The notes under the pieces were generated by a model. The model saw only the letters and a list, made by a program, of their open reading frames with translations, was not told the DNA's origin and made no database searches. Source: Oculina patagonica (taxonomy: Eukaryota). From it: a stretch of DNA of 64,000 bases. This document shows positions 11,118-23,444 of the stretch, one piece after another; positions within the stretch are counted from its first letter, which is position 1; each line of letters opens with the position of its first letter. The DNA lies in NCBI RefSeq assembly GCF_052425735.1, contig NC_135768.1:23250001-23314000 (forward strand), in the 5' to 3' direction. The translations under genes were made by a program, and so were the position numbers.

Positions 11118-14100
11118 CTCACAATGGATATACTGAATCTGTTTTTTAAGCCTTTTACATTAGCTACCCTTTACAATATTTACATGTAGGTGAATTAGCC
11201 TTTTAGGGCTGTCAGTTTGAGATTGTTTAAAAGCCATTTTGAATGCCTAGATAACATTTCTGTCAACCTTATTGCATTGTATTGTTTTATAATATTTTGG
11301 TTCTAGTAAGGTGTGTAATTCGGTTTCAGTAGTAAATAAATTGTGTTAATATGGTCTTTTTGATTGATTGATTGCCCTAGTTCTTTGATAAAGGATTAAA
11401 AATCCAATAGTACGGTGATTGCTTGCTAGTATTTGTGTAACATTTTTTTGAGTGGCCTTATTTTCAGGAAGGGCCAACGGGGGTGGAGGGTAGGGGATGG
11501 GATCTAAAGACTTTGGTGACACATGATTTGATTTTGCTCGATTTTTAACAAAGTAAATAGATTTTTAAATCTATCCAGTCAAATCAAGCATTGTAAAATC
11601 CCTAAAACGGTCGATTTGATTCGCTAGATTTTAATTCTTGTAAAAACTCTAGTGTGTAGAAATGTGTAAAGAATTTCTTTAGTTTCTGTAAGTAATTTAC
11701 GGAGCTTAGGTCGGCATTCAAGTAACCCACCGCAAAACCGAAAATGCTGTTGCGTGTGTCATTACGTTTGGAAAAGCATTCGCGTTCAAACTCTTTGTGT
11801 TTCCAAATATGGTACTTGGCAAAAGCTCTGAACGCACGACACGTTTCAACCCCTTATGAGTTTCTGTTCACTACTCACAAACTCTGTTTTCTATCTTACT
11901 CCGCGAGCAAACTGCGCGTCTTATTTTTTTTGACGTTGTTTGAGTTAAAGTAAAATAAACGCCTTTCTCTAATAAACGCCCCATATCATTCTATTTAGCA
12001 CAGCACCCCCCTCAAACAACCCTAGGGCTCCTAAAAGTTATGACGGTATCTTGGTTGTTTAAGCTTTCTTGAATCACATCAGTAATCTCTGGACCTTTGA
12101 CACTCAAACGTCAGTCAAGTAAAGGTGCGTGCGAGAATTGTAATCAAGACATTAGGTGAGGTTAGCAACCTGTAACCAAATATTTCACGAGTAATTTGTT
12201 CGAAAGCGGAACAAAAATCTCGTACAAGAAGATCATTTCACTAAATTTTCTGCACAACCGACAGCAGTTAATTCTGAACATTGGTAACTTGCTATTTTTT
12301 AGTCGCAGTTTTTTCGCCATATATATTCAAGTCCTAAAGAAAGGTCTTTAAAAAACGGAGTCTACGGCAGAGGTTTTGCAAAGTTAATGACAGGTAAGCT
12401 TTTAGAAACTACTTGATAATTGAATGTTAGCGAAGATTTTTTGTATTTCATTCTTTACATTTTAAAGATAGCGTGGCCTAGTGTTTAGGGTGTTGGACTC
12501 GTGCTCTGGATGCCCCGAGTTTAAATAGCATGTGGATCTATGTACCGTTCAGGGGATATTTATTATACGAAATTTCCAGACTTCCTTTAATCGTTATGTA
12601 AAACAAATTTGGGGAGAAAGTGTAGTTTGCTAAAACACTCAGGAACTAGAAAAGCAACTTACATAAAAAGCTAGATTCATATTTATCATATTTATATTTT
12701 TTTCGATAGCGCATCTTTTTTAAAACATGCTTCTAATGTAAAGACGTAATGACTTGTGTCAAAAGAATTTTAGTTTTACAGTCTCTTTGTAAAAGTCGTG
12801 ACACTCTGTTCAGTTTGAGCGATGAACGAGTAATTATGGAAATTATAAGGCGTTCAAGCCTGACTTACTCGAAGAGGAAGTTAAAACTGACCGTTCTAGC
12901 TTAATTTAAATTACGTTCCAGCTCTAATTGACTGGTTGAACAGGGAAAATGAAAAACAGGATGTAAATATAAGACTAATATATGAAACAGAAACAGCCAT
13001 TCAACCAGAGATCTTCTAGTTCTCCATAATATGTCGTCTCGTAGCTGGCCACGGACGGAAGGTATATAAGAGAACTTGAATAGAGATCTTGCCTGGATGT
13101 ACACGAACTTGCTCGCCTCTCAGAACTGTAAAGCAAATTAATTCAGTCAGCAGAATTGGTATGATGAACTTTTAACTCAAAAGTGAGGTTCTGTAGTGGT
13201 AATCGCGATCGGCTTAGGCCGTTTTGCGAAAAATATACTGTTATTTTTGCACAGTTCAACAAATTTACATGATTTCATCATAATATTAAATCCAGACCTA
13301 ACGTTTTGCCTGGGTGGCATAGGAAGAGGCTAATAGAGAGAGTTATGGTTATTTTGTAATTTATGCTTGTGCTTCTGTCATAAATTAATGTTCTTGCTCA
13401 CGCATTAGCATCCAGTCATAAGTCATCATACAAATCATAAATCAAATTTATATGATGACATTTAGCTCGGACAGTAAAATATACCTGATAGAGCTTTACA
13501 TTATAACATCAACACAGCGTACCGAGAGGAGAGGTTTTCGCAATGTACTTGGGAGAGAAAGGATGGCGCAGTGGTAAGAGCGCTCGCAACCCGCTCATGT
13601 AGCCTGGGTTTGATTCTGGCCAGGTGACATTATATGTAGGTTTTATTTTGATACATTTTCAAACTCAACTTATTTTTTGTCTCTTTTACTCCTTCAGGTC
13701 GTATCTAGGAAGATATTGAGAGAACGAGGCTTTGTTTTAGTTCTACCTACAATCTGATCGCGGATTCTCAAGGAACTCGCAGCGGAGGAGTAAGTTTAAC
13801 TAAAGTCTGGCTGGCTTAATCCAAGAATTCTCAGTTCAGTGATATATGTCATGTCATTGTCGTGTCTTTTCTGGTGGTATTTTTTATGATCTGAATGATT
13901 GACAAAGAGTATACACTGTTCAGTCTGCTAGATACACAAGGAAAGGAAAGTTTTGAAGTGAGAAACACGATAAAATATTCTTGATTGTAAACATATTCTT
14001 TGCATAAAGAAGTTCTGATTGTACGTATGAGCAGGTAATGAAGGTCATACGCTACTCTTAGCATCATGAACGGTTCATGTGGTAATCCATAATTGTTAAA

Positions 14101-14202
14101 TGAATAGTATAATAATTATCTAGTTTTTCAAGGAGAAGAAAATGCAAATCATTATAAAAATCCTTTTTTGCCTCGTCTTGTTTAGACAGGGCAGACGTTA
14201 CC

Positions 14203-15021
14203 ATGACAACATGCGTGGAGATAGATGACCCACATTATTACTTACTGTTACCAAGGTTACCAGACGAAAGAAGGCAAGGAAAGCTTCCTTGGATCAAACT
14301 CTTGGCAGTCGGTTACAGTTTGTTGTTGTCATGGCAACTGACCGGAACGTGCTTGTACCTGATTCGTGGAGTGGCTTGTTTCAACAAAATGTCGACTGCA
14401 TACATGTGTGACAGTAATGCAGCTTTCGCATATTCAGAAATGTTTACTGTAGTCTGGGTAATTACGCTATCTTTACTCATTGTCATTTTTCTGGTTGCGT
14501 TACAAAATGTTCCAGGGTTTCCCGGTTATAAGGTCATCTTGCATCAGCTGAAATTCCTCCCCTCATTTTGGACCCTGATACTTTTTCTTTTTATTTGCCT
14601 CTCCAGATATGTAGAACTAATACTATTCCACAAATCTCCAGTTTCCTTACTTATATTAACCGGTTTAGCACTGAGCTATGTTCTACGAACTGCCGCTATA
14701 GGCTTTTTGAATTATACACAATTGAATTTTTTGAAGTCTGAATATCCCACTTATATTTTTGTATTATCTAAGCTTACACTCCTCGTTTTGTTTATTGTTA
14801 GTTTAGTTAATTTACTTGCCACCCTTTTATCTCTGACTGTCGAAGTTCACCAAATGCATCTAGCGATGGGATCTCAAAACTCACTAAATTTTGAAATGGT
14901 AAACGAGCTATTACGGGATTTCGGGTCCACCACCTTCAGATTTAAGCTAATGAGTTTCTTTTGGCAAAAACTGTTCATCGACGATAAAAATATTCTTTCT
15001 AACCACGCATACTTATCATGA
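14203..15021 (+). CDS. Uncharacterised multi-pass membrane protein (~5-6 hydrophobic segments)
   Basis: 272-aa ORF with several long hydrophobic stretches. Acceptor at ~14185. The candidate upstream exon 13698-13789 has stops in all three frames, so it is likely 5' UTR. Confidence 0.7.
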   Translation: MTTCVEIDDPHYYLLLPRLPDERRQGKLPWIKLLAVGYSLLLSWQLTGTCLYLIRGVACFNKMSTAYMCDSNAAFAYSEMFTVVWVITLSLLIVIFLVALQNVPGFPGYKVILHQLKFLPSFWTLILFLFICLSRYVELILFHKSPVSLLILTGLALSYVLRTAAIGFLNYTQLNFLKSEYPTYIFVLSKLTLLVLFIVSLVNLLATLLSLTVEVHQMHLAMGSQNSLNFEMVNELLRDFGSTTFRFKLMSFFWQKLFIDDKNILSNHAYLS

Positions 15022-15092
15022 AAAGTGGGTGACTGGTCTTTATGGCAGTCGAAAACGCCACACAAAGTACTGGACACGTAATAAAGTTAAAC

Positions 15093-15250
15093 CTAGCCTG
15101 CGAAGCAGCCTGGAGCCCTGGTAGCAGGCGCCTGTGCGGTTTGCGCGCGTATTTGGAAAACGCGAAAGGCGAGTCGCGTGGCCGTCTCGCGCCTTTTGCG
15201 TTTCCCAAACGCGCGCTCAAAAACTACACAGGCGCCTACTAAGTAGGCTA
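15093..15250. mobile_element. Short palindromic MITE (TAGCCT...AGGCTA)
   Basis: Terminal inverted repeat and an internal GC-rich hairpin. Confidence 0.55.
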
Positions 15251-16091
15251 AGTTAAACCCAGTTAGGTACCTAGTTGAGTGTAAAAAAAAATGCGGGTCT
15301 GTAATGTATACAATGTTGAATCTTTAGCCATACATTAAATCTTTAGCCATAGTATTAAAGGGATATTGTTGCACGGCTTTAAATACTTTTTCTAAATACT
15401 CGTTATGGAACTTAATTCTAGCAAAGAAATTACTTCTTCTACTTGGATGGGTTGCATGGAGCGCTTCCAGAGAACCCGTACCCTATGTCACACCATAAAC
15501 GGTTTTCCCTGCCCTTTTCAGACCTGACCCCAAAATTGATATCCTATTTTATACCAAAAAGGTTCGAAAACGATTCATTTTGGTACCGCACCGCACCCCC
15601 CCCCCCCCCCCGCGTTTGTACATGTTGTGCTTTCAAGTTGTGTCCCAACGATTTTGTGCCTTTGCATTCCTTCGAGTGTAGGTAATCACTATGATTTTAA
15701 TAAGAAAGTTCAGTACTTATAAAATATAAAGCTCTCAGTCAATCGCAGTTACAAGTAATTCTTGAGTCTAATATGGTTCTGACCCAACAAACTTTATTTA
15801 TACACGGCTAAGTTTAAAGCTACTAGCTTTTATTCTGGCGCCGCGTACAACTACTGAAAAACCTTAAATACAATCCCTTTAAAATACAAGTTCCTTGAAA
15901 TACGTTTAAGTTACAAAGTTGTTTCTCTATCTCAAGCCACAAAAACGTTTGTTTTTGAGATATAGGAAGTCAAAATATGGACCAAAAAATAACAACAACA
16001 TAACTTACAAACCGTTGCAAAATTAAACCGCACAATAACTTAAAATTACAAAATTTAAGCTAATCGCACATTATTGACCAAGTAGCAGTGT

Positions 16092-17705
16092 TTATTTTTG
16101 TTCGTAGACTTTATCCTTCGTTGTTTGAACAACCGCCATAGAACCTTCAACATGTTCAATGCTATAGGTCCAGTCTTCAAAACCGTCAACCTGCAACGAC
16201 TCGTTCAGATCTTCTTCAAGCATTTTGGCGGGAAAAGTGGACCCTACGTCATCACCAAACTTGAGGCGCGCACGGTTGTACATCTGTTCAGCATGGGCAT
16301 GCAACTCAATAGGCACATTAAACTTGCGTGCCAGCTCGTAACCAAGATTTAAGTCCTTGCAGTGAAGGGCGATGGTAAAATCCGGGTCGAACGTACCATT
16401 GAATACCAGAGGTGCTTCTGTCTCCCAGGTGTAGGTATTTCCAGCGCTGAATCGTATAGCGTCAAAAAGAGATTTTAAATCCACGCCACCTCTTTTCCCC
16501 ATAAGCATAGCTTCTCCCATGGTTATAACATTGACAGCAGCGATCATGTTAGAAATCACCTTGGCAACCGTTGCAGTGCCCATTTCTCCCATGTAGAGGA
16601 CCATCTTGGTGCTCTGTTGAAGGATTGGGACACAATCCTGGAATAGCTGCTTGTCCCCACCTACAAGCACCGTCATTTTACCCTGCTTGAGAAGGGCCAT
16701 GCCTCCAGTTACAGGGGCCTCAAGAACTCTGATGCCTTTCTTACCTTAAAAAACGTAAAGTAAGCACAATATGACCTTTAGGACTCGGTATCTCGTGTAT
16801 TAAGGAGTAAAAAAGTTTGAAATTTTTAGCAAGGTTTTTACAGCTTTATAGAGGTGATCGCTAAATAGAGGTCATTCGCATCTGCAGGATATAAAAGGTG
16901 AAAATTCGACTTTTAGAGCTGACCGCTTAACAGACAATGGCCGGATAACACAGTTTCGCTTAAAGGGTCTGTGTAAGTGAATGTTAATATATGGATTAAA
17001 TGACAAAACCGAATTAAAGCTTCATTACCAACTAATATGTCTCCCCGTCCGGGCTAAAAAGTCATAACTAGCATTACACTCATTCTAAAACCAATATCGT
17101 AATCCGTTTTACTCTTTTTCAGTTTCTGTCCATCCGTTCCTTCTTTTGTATTTGCTGTGTTATTGAAATGTCTGTTCACTCTTTCAAGTGGCTCTTTGTA
17201 ATTTTCACTCAATTTGCTAGCCATTTTTTTATGTCTAAGTTTGGCTAATTTCCGTTACACAGTTCCTCTAATCTGCTACAGTTTTGACTGTGCCGTACAT
17301 ACCTGCCTGTTCTGCTAGCTCCAAAGTCTGCTGATAATCTGTTGTTGAATGATCAATCCACACTCCACCCGACCGTAACCCCGCCAAAACTCCATCCTCA
17401 CCCGTCATAACTTGTTTGACGTGCGGTGGAGCGGGAAGCGCTGTCATCACCACGTCACACATTGTAGCCAGTTCTCGTGGCGTGTCGGGACGAGGGATAT
17501 CCCTCGGGAGATACCGTCCCGCTTCTGGATTGTTATCAAGAAGGGCGCTTACTGTGTATCCTGATTTAAGGAGATTCTTAGCAACGGTCGAACCAACATT
17601 CCCTAAGCCAATGATTCCAATTTTCTGAGCTGCCTTAGTGGAGTACGCTGCACGCTGGTTGCCATAGCGACTAAGCAGAAAACGGAAAGCTGTTCTCCCA
17701 ATCAT
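16092..17705 (-). CDS. NAD(P)-dependent beta-hydroxyacid dehydrogenase (3-hydroxyisobutyrate dehydrogenase / tartronate semialdehyde reductase family), 2 coding exons, ~351 aa
   Basis: Exons 17705-17303 and 16744-16092, joined by a phase-1 GT-AG intron. Motifs: IGIIGLGNVG (Rossmann), WIDHSTT, EAPVTGG, catalytic Lys in AKVISN, FTIALHCKDL. Arg-rich N-terminus without acidic residues resembles a mitochondrial presequence. Confidence 0.9.
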
Positions 17706-18784
17706 ATTCTCGTTGCTGAGAGAAAAAAAGGGGTGTAGGGTTAGGGTGTTGCTAACAATTGCCTTGAATACTAAGAATTTGAGTATTAAGATAAAAAATA
17801 TATATTTTCAGTTAGAGTTATCTGTGAACACATTTTATCTCCTATTCCCCTTTCACTGCTTGAAGAAAACGCTTCAAAGGACTAACGCTTAGCTTTGCTT
17901 CCTCAGTCATCGAATTATTAACAATTATTCATCGAAGTGGAGGTGAATAGTCAACAGTTTTCTTGTAAAATCGCGCAGAATATTACCTGATTCTTAGTCT
18001 CAAAGGGACTATGTCACGGGGAATTCGCAGTTTTTTTGTCTAAACTGTTCTGTACTTGAAGTGGTAGGCAATTTCCCCCATCAAAAACACTGTCTTTGAA
18101 AATTTCGGTTAAACTTCGGTTATAAATATCGATTTTTTTGAAGGCGTGCGGAAGGGGCGTTCGGATCACGGACCGGATCACGAAAAATAAAAATAAAAAA
18201 ATAATAAAAATTAAAAAAAAAAAATAAATCATAAAATAAAATAAGAAAATAAACAAATAAATGGTTGTTAGTAATCGGCGTAACGGCGGAACGCGGAACG
18301 GCGTAAGGCGAGATTTTTTTTCTGTTTTTTTTTTTTTCTATAACTTAATTAATTTATTGCTATGTGCAAAATTAAATTAATAAATTCTCACCTTGCAGAC
18401 CAGCAGACAGCGGTACCTGGAACCTATTTCTTTTTCTTTATTTTACACACAATAGGCCGCAATATCGTTTGTGTCAGTTATATGATCTCTGGACTTAATT
18501 ACCTAAAACTGGGCAAAGAAACAAGCAAACAAACGGTAAATATGTCCCAAAAAAATAAAGAGCACCCACATCTTCTTAATCCTTCGAGGTCGATCTAGAG
18601 CCAGCCTTTTCTGAGTGAGGATTTCAAGGACAAGCGCGTCTGCCCTTATGAATTTTCTTGCCCCAATCGAGACAATGAAACGTACAAAGCCGAAGAAGTC
18701 AACGGAGCCGTTGGAAAAAACTAGAAGGGCCTGTTAAGTTACTTATTTCATCAAAAAAAAAAAGAAAGAAAGAGAATGAAAAAA

Positions 18785-18902
18785 AGCGCTGACTAGGGGT
18801 ATTTTCAGTTGGTCACCCATCCAAGTACTAACCCCGCCCAACAGGGCTTAACTTCGGCGATCGGAGAAGAACCGTTGCTTTCCATGTGGTATCAGAAAGA
18901 GC
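18785..18902 (-). pseudogene. 5S rRNA-derived sequence (left arm of foldback element)
   Basis: Minus strand has ATACCAC, CCGATCGCCGAAGTTAAGC (box A region) and AGTACTTGGATGGGTGACC (box C), followed by a T-tract. Ends are divergent from canonical 5S. Confidence 0.8.
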
Positions 18903-19020
18903 ACGTAAATCAGCTAGTAAAAGTTAAGACCAGTTTTAGCAGGAAAGTGCCAAATTGTACAAAGGATCCATTTAAACCAGGTATTACTTTTATAACCCTC
19001 TCTTATAACCGTCTGTCTTG

Positions 19021-19140
19021 TCTGACACTGATACCACAAGGAAAGCATTGGTTTTCGTCCGATCGCCGAAGTTAAGCCCTGTTGCGCGGGGGGTCAATAC
19101 TTGGATGGGTGACCAGCTGAAAATATATCTTGTTGTGGGA
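19021..19140 (+). pseudogene. 5S rRNA-derived sequence (right arm of foldback element)
   Basis: ATACCAC...GTCCGATCGCCGAAGTTAAGC...TACTTGGATGGGTGACC, followed by TTTTCATTTT. Confidence 0.8.
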
Positions 19141-21757
19141 TTTTCATTTTCTTTCTTTCTTTTTCTTACACAATCGGTAACTTTTCAGGCCTTGTTCGGC
19201 TTTGTACGTTTCATTGTCTCGATCGGGGCAAGAATGTCCGAAGGCCCGGCGAAGGGCAGTCACACTGTGCAGTCGCGTTTATAGCTTCTCCTTGAAATCC
19301 TCAAATCCTGGCTCTAGATCGACCTCGAAGGATTAATTATAAGAAGATGCGGGTGCCCTTTATTTCGTGGAATATATTTACTGTTTGTTTGTTTGTTTCT
19401 TTTTGCCCAGTTCTACGTAATCAGAAGTCCAGAGATCATATAAGCCGTAAACGACATTGTGACCTCAGTTGTGTGTGAAATAAAGAAAAGTAGGTTCCAG
19501 AGACCGCTGTCTGCAGGTCTGCAAAGTGATAATTTACTATTCATAGCAATAAATCAATAAAGCAATTCAAAAAAAAAAAAACCCCTTAACTACGCCGATT
19601 CTCGTTACGCCGTTCCGCGTTACGCCGTTACGCCGATTACTAACAACCATTTATTTGTTTATTTTTTTTTTTATTTTTTTATTTTTTTTATTTTTTTTAT
19701 TTTTTTTTTAATTTTTTGTGATCCGATCCGTGATCCGATCTGCGATCCGATCCGCGATCCGATCCGCGATCCGATCCGATTCGATCCGAGTTTTGTTAAC
19801 GCCCGTGCGGAAACAATTTGAAACCGTTGGCTAACGTTTTTTAAATCGCAATCCATTTCCATACGAGCCATCCGCAGCCAAACGCGCTTTTAAACAGTTT
19901 TAGTGTTCTAAAATGGCAATTGATAATACAAATGGACCATTTTTTTAGGTTTCCCACGGCTTAAATATTATTTTTGGCTGTTCAAAAATCTTTGAAAATC
20001 CGTGACAGACGGGGTACGAGGCCGAGCAAGCAGGAATCGTGAGTCACGCGAGTCACGCAAGCAGCGAGTGGTCTCATAACTGTAGCAATACATAGAGGTT
20101 TTCGGTCGACAGGTCCACGAAAACGAGCAAAAAGCAAAACAAGAAGTTTTAAAGGACCGTAGTAAGCCTCCGCAATTCTCGTACAGAAACAAAAGCAAAG
20201 GTGTGGCTGACTAGGGTCCTTTAACTCCATTATTCTTTCAGGTTTTTTGGAACACAAATGTTTAACGACACTTGTCAAACAGCAAATTTATGATAATACG
20301 TGTATTATGCTTGCGTGACAAAGCAGAAACATAAGAAAATGCCGGGCCTCTCACATTCTGTTGACATGTCACAATTGGTTCATTTGAAGTCAGACAAAGC
20401 GCGTGTCTGCCTAGAACTTCGCAAGTTTTATCTTTATCATTCTATTGTATATGTTATATATTGAAAATTCGATTTATAATGATTTGTATCGAATCGCAAC
20501 GACCATGTTATATAATAATAAGATGCATGATAAAGATTCATTTCAATTTTGTGAATAACTTACCGAATAATAACCATCATATATTCTTTGCGTTCTCATA
20601 CAAACCTGCATGAAACCTTTAAAAATAAATCATTAGCCTTGTATAAACACTTTTGTTCTTTTATATAACCGTTGTTTGCCTTTAATCTGTGTCTTGCGCA
20701 AGAAATCAATAGCGCATGCATGGCTTGCGCAACCGTGGTATAATTATTCGAAAAAAACACACAGAATGCTGCATTTACGCTGCCCTAGCGTTGAAAATCA
20801 AAAGTTCGACATCAATATCCAATGTCAAATTAGTTTCTTGCCTAATTAGACTCTAATAGTAAGGAGCCCTTAACCGGGAGGTACAGTATATCAAAAGTTA
20901 TTTAGCTTCATGAATTTGGTTGTATAAATTAAAATTCCCACACACCTTGTAAATTACAATTTTGTAGAAGTGAGTGTAGATCCTGCAACTGATCCTAACA
21001 GCTTGTATAGACTGAGAGATTTTGAAGCCCGGCCAGCAAAACAGCACAAATTAAAGACACATACAGGGTTCAGATACCGGTCTCTGTCACGCAACGCTAA
21101 GACAGTCTCGTCCCAGAGCCCGCGTTACTCTCAAGGGGAACGGTGGGCTCTGGGAACGAAATTGGTCCAGAGCAAATGTCTGTGAATGCTCAAGGCTTTT
21201 TTCAGAAAATAGCTACTACGCATGTATCGTCAAAACTTTTTCATTATCAGTTCAAAGGAAGGATATGCGATTATGCCAAATTAAAAAAAAATGAAATGAA
21301 ATATCAGTTGTAGCCAGTCCAATACAAATCTACCATTTTCCGGTGATTTAGGGAACGTTTGACTGGTTTATATTGAACAGTAAATACGACAGGTTTTTAT
21401 CTATCTTTTCCTTTGATCATGAATTGATAATGAAAAATATATAGGTATGAATGACCACAAAATTACTTGTGTCCTCCAAAAGCGTGACAGTCGAGGGAGA
21501 CTGGTTTTAACTTAAAGACACAGATGAGCTAATGGCCAAAGAGCGAAATACCTGTTTGTAGCCCACCTTGCTTCTAGTTTACGTTGCTTTTTACTAAAAA
21601 AATTAAGCTACTCGCTAGCTTATTTCGCTACTATACATTCAAAATAACTCCCAGTCCATTAAATTGAGTAATTTATTCACTATCAACACTTAGTTCATTC
21701 GGGAAGGCCTGCCTTTACTCGGGAAACTATTCATAAATATTAATAGCAATAATAATC

Positions 21758-21973
21758 AGACTACGAGCAGTCCCTAGTTCCTATTTTTTCGCAGAGTCCA
21801 TCGAGCTTGGAGCGAAAATTTTTTTTTAGAAGAGTCCGTCGAGCGTGAAGCAGAAAAATAAATTTTCACGCGAGGGGAGGCGAGAAGCGAAAACAAGCTC
21901 GATGGACTCTGCGAAAATATTTTCGCTTCACGCTCGACGGACTCTGCGAAAAAATAGGGACTGCTCGTAGTCT
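21758..21973. mobile_element. Palindromic MITE (AGACTACGAGCAGTCCCTA TIR)
   Basis: Exact 19-bp TIR plus internal AGAGTCC(A/G)TCGAGC inverted repeats. Confidence 0.75.
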
Positions 21974-23444
21974 AGTAATAATAAAAAAAACCAATATACC
22001 AATAAAAGGTGAGTAAAACTATGTAGTATAGAAACACCGCGTGTCGACCATAAATATACCGGGGTACTGCCTATAGCAAACTGTATACGTGGAGGCTCTG
22101 CCCAAAAGAGGAACATTTTTTTCGGGGTGTCAGAAAACGGATTTAACGAGTTGGAAAATAGCAATGGGTAAGGAAAACTGTAATTTAGGTATTTCAAAGG
22201 GCTTTTCAAAATATCCTTAACAGTCCCACCGAACAGTCGCTTTATTTTGGTATTTTACGGGCTTATTCAAGTGAAAAATTAGAATAAGAGATGTAGTATC
22301 CCTTCTGCATGTAAACGGCAAGGGTTCAAGGACTGGCTGGCCAAACGTTAACACAAGTGGACGCAAGATACAGGTTTCGACAGAGAAAAAGGGACGTTTT
22401 ACTGTCTACCGATGGACTAACAAAGAACCAAATCTTCAGACTTTGATGTTTCCATTGCTATCTATTTTTATATTTGCATGTGTACTTGATATGAATGGGA
22501 TTTTTATAAATACAAACATTGTCATCCCTGGGTTAAGTACGCAACTGTGAAGTTAGATTACTTTCAGCTGGTAAATGGAATGTAAAGGGAATCGAGATGC
22601 ACAATTCCTTTTTGCAGTTACTGCGACATCAATGCAATTCATATGATAAAACCTGACCTGTCACAATTCACTGTGTATTTTCATGTCTGTCGAGGGTTTT
22701 TTTTAAAAGGTTTGGCCTATATACGGTTCGCATTTTAGCTTCCTAGAAGCAATGCCCTTTCCCCGACAGTCTCAGTGGGGTGGTGGCTTTTAAGGCTAAC
22801 CGTTAATTTTTTCCCATTACGGTAACCGAATTAAAAAAGTTATTTATATTATTAAAAAAACATATTAAAGGTCTAAGGACCATTTTGGGACGATGAAGTG
22901 ATCTACTCTATACATAATTACTGACCGATTTTTTACGGTTAACATATTTTACGGCTAACGGTTAAAATTTTCCAATTTAAACGCCCAACGGCTAAATTTT
23001 TGGCCGTTATTACGGCTAACGGTACACCCCATTGAGACCCTCTTCTTCAAACACAACATTAAAAAGGCTTAAAAAACCGAAGGTAATAACCCTCGCTACC
23101 TTAATGCGTATGCACGGTTATCAAAATTAATGGGTGAACTATGAAATGAGATAGTACAAAGGTGTGTGTTTAGACTGCTATTATATGTACGTTGGCTAAA
23201 CTTTAAAATAAGTTAAAAACAAGTCTCGTAAAAACTGCCTAAAACCAATCAGAGCTTTTTTTTTTATCCCGATTTGAAGCACTCTACTTTCGCGCGCTGG
23301 CCACCGGTCACATGATTTTTCTTTGAGTTCTGATTGGCCTATTTAATCACTTGTTGTCACAGCGATTTGGTGCGTGATTACTTTGTGTTTTAAGCGTGAT
23401 TCTGGACTGCATGTACATGTGTTATTAATATTGCTACATTGAAC

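Larger units (their letters stand above)
18155..19804. mobile_element. Foldback (long-TIR, Mutator-like) non-autonomous element with 5S rRNA-derived sequence in both arms
   Basis: Termini GGGCGTT...AACGCCC. Target duplication GTGCGGAA(G/A) at 18146-18154 and 19805-19813. Arms ~18155-18900 and ~19020-19804 are diverged reverse complements, e.g. TGGTTGTTAGTAATCGGCG and CCTTCGAGGTCGATCTAGAGCCAG. Confidence 0.8.
18002..20012. mobile_element. Small Kolobok-like MITE (AGGGACTATGTCACGG termini) split by the foldback element at 18155-19804
   Basis: 18002-18153 plus 19805-20010 align in reverse orientation to the uninterrupted copy at ~23960-24342. Confidence 0.7.

Noticed and set aside
18785-19140. 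Functional 5S rRNA genes
   Set aside because: The two copies differ from each other, have degraded terminal helices, are inverted rather than tandem, and lie inside a TSD-flanked element.
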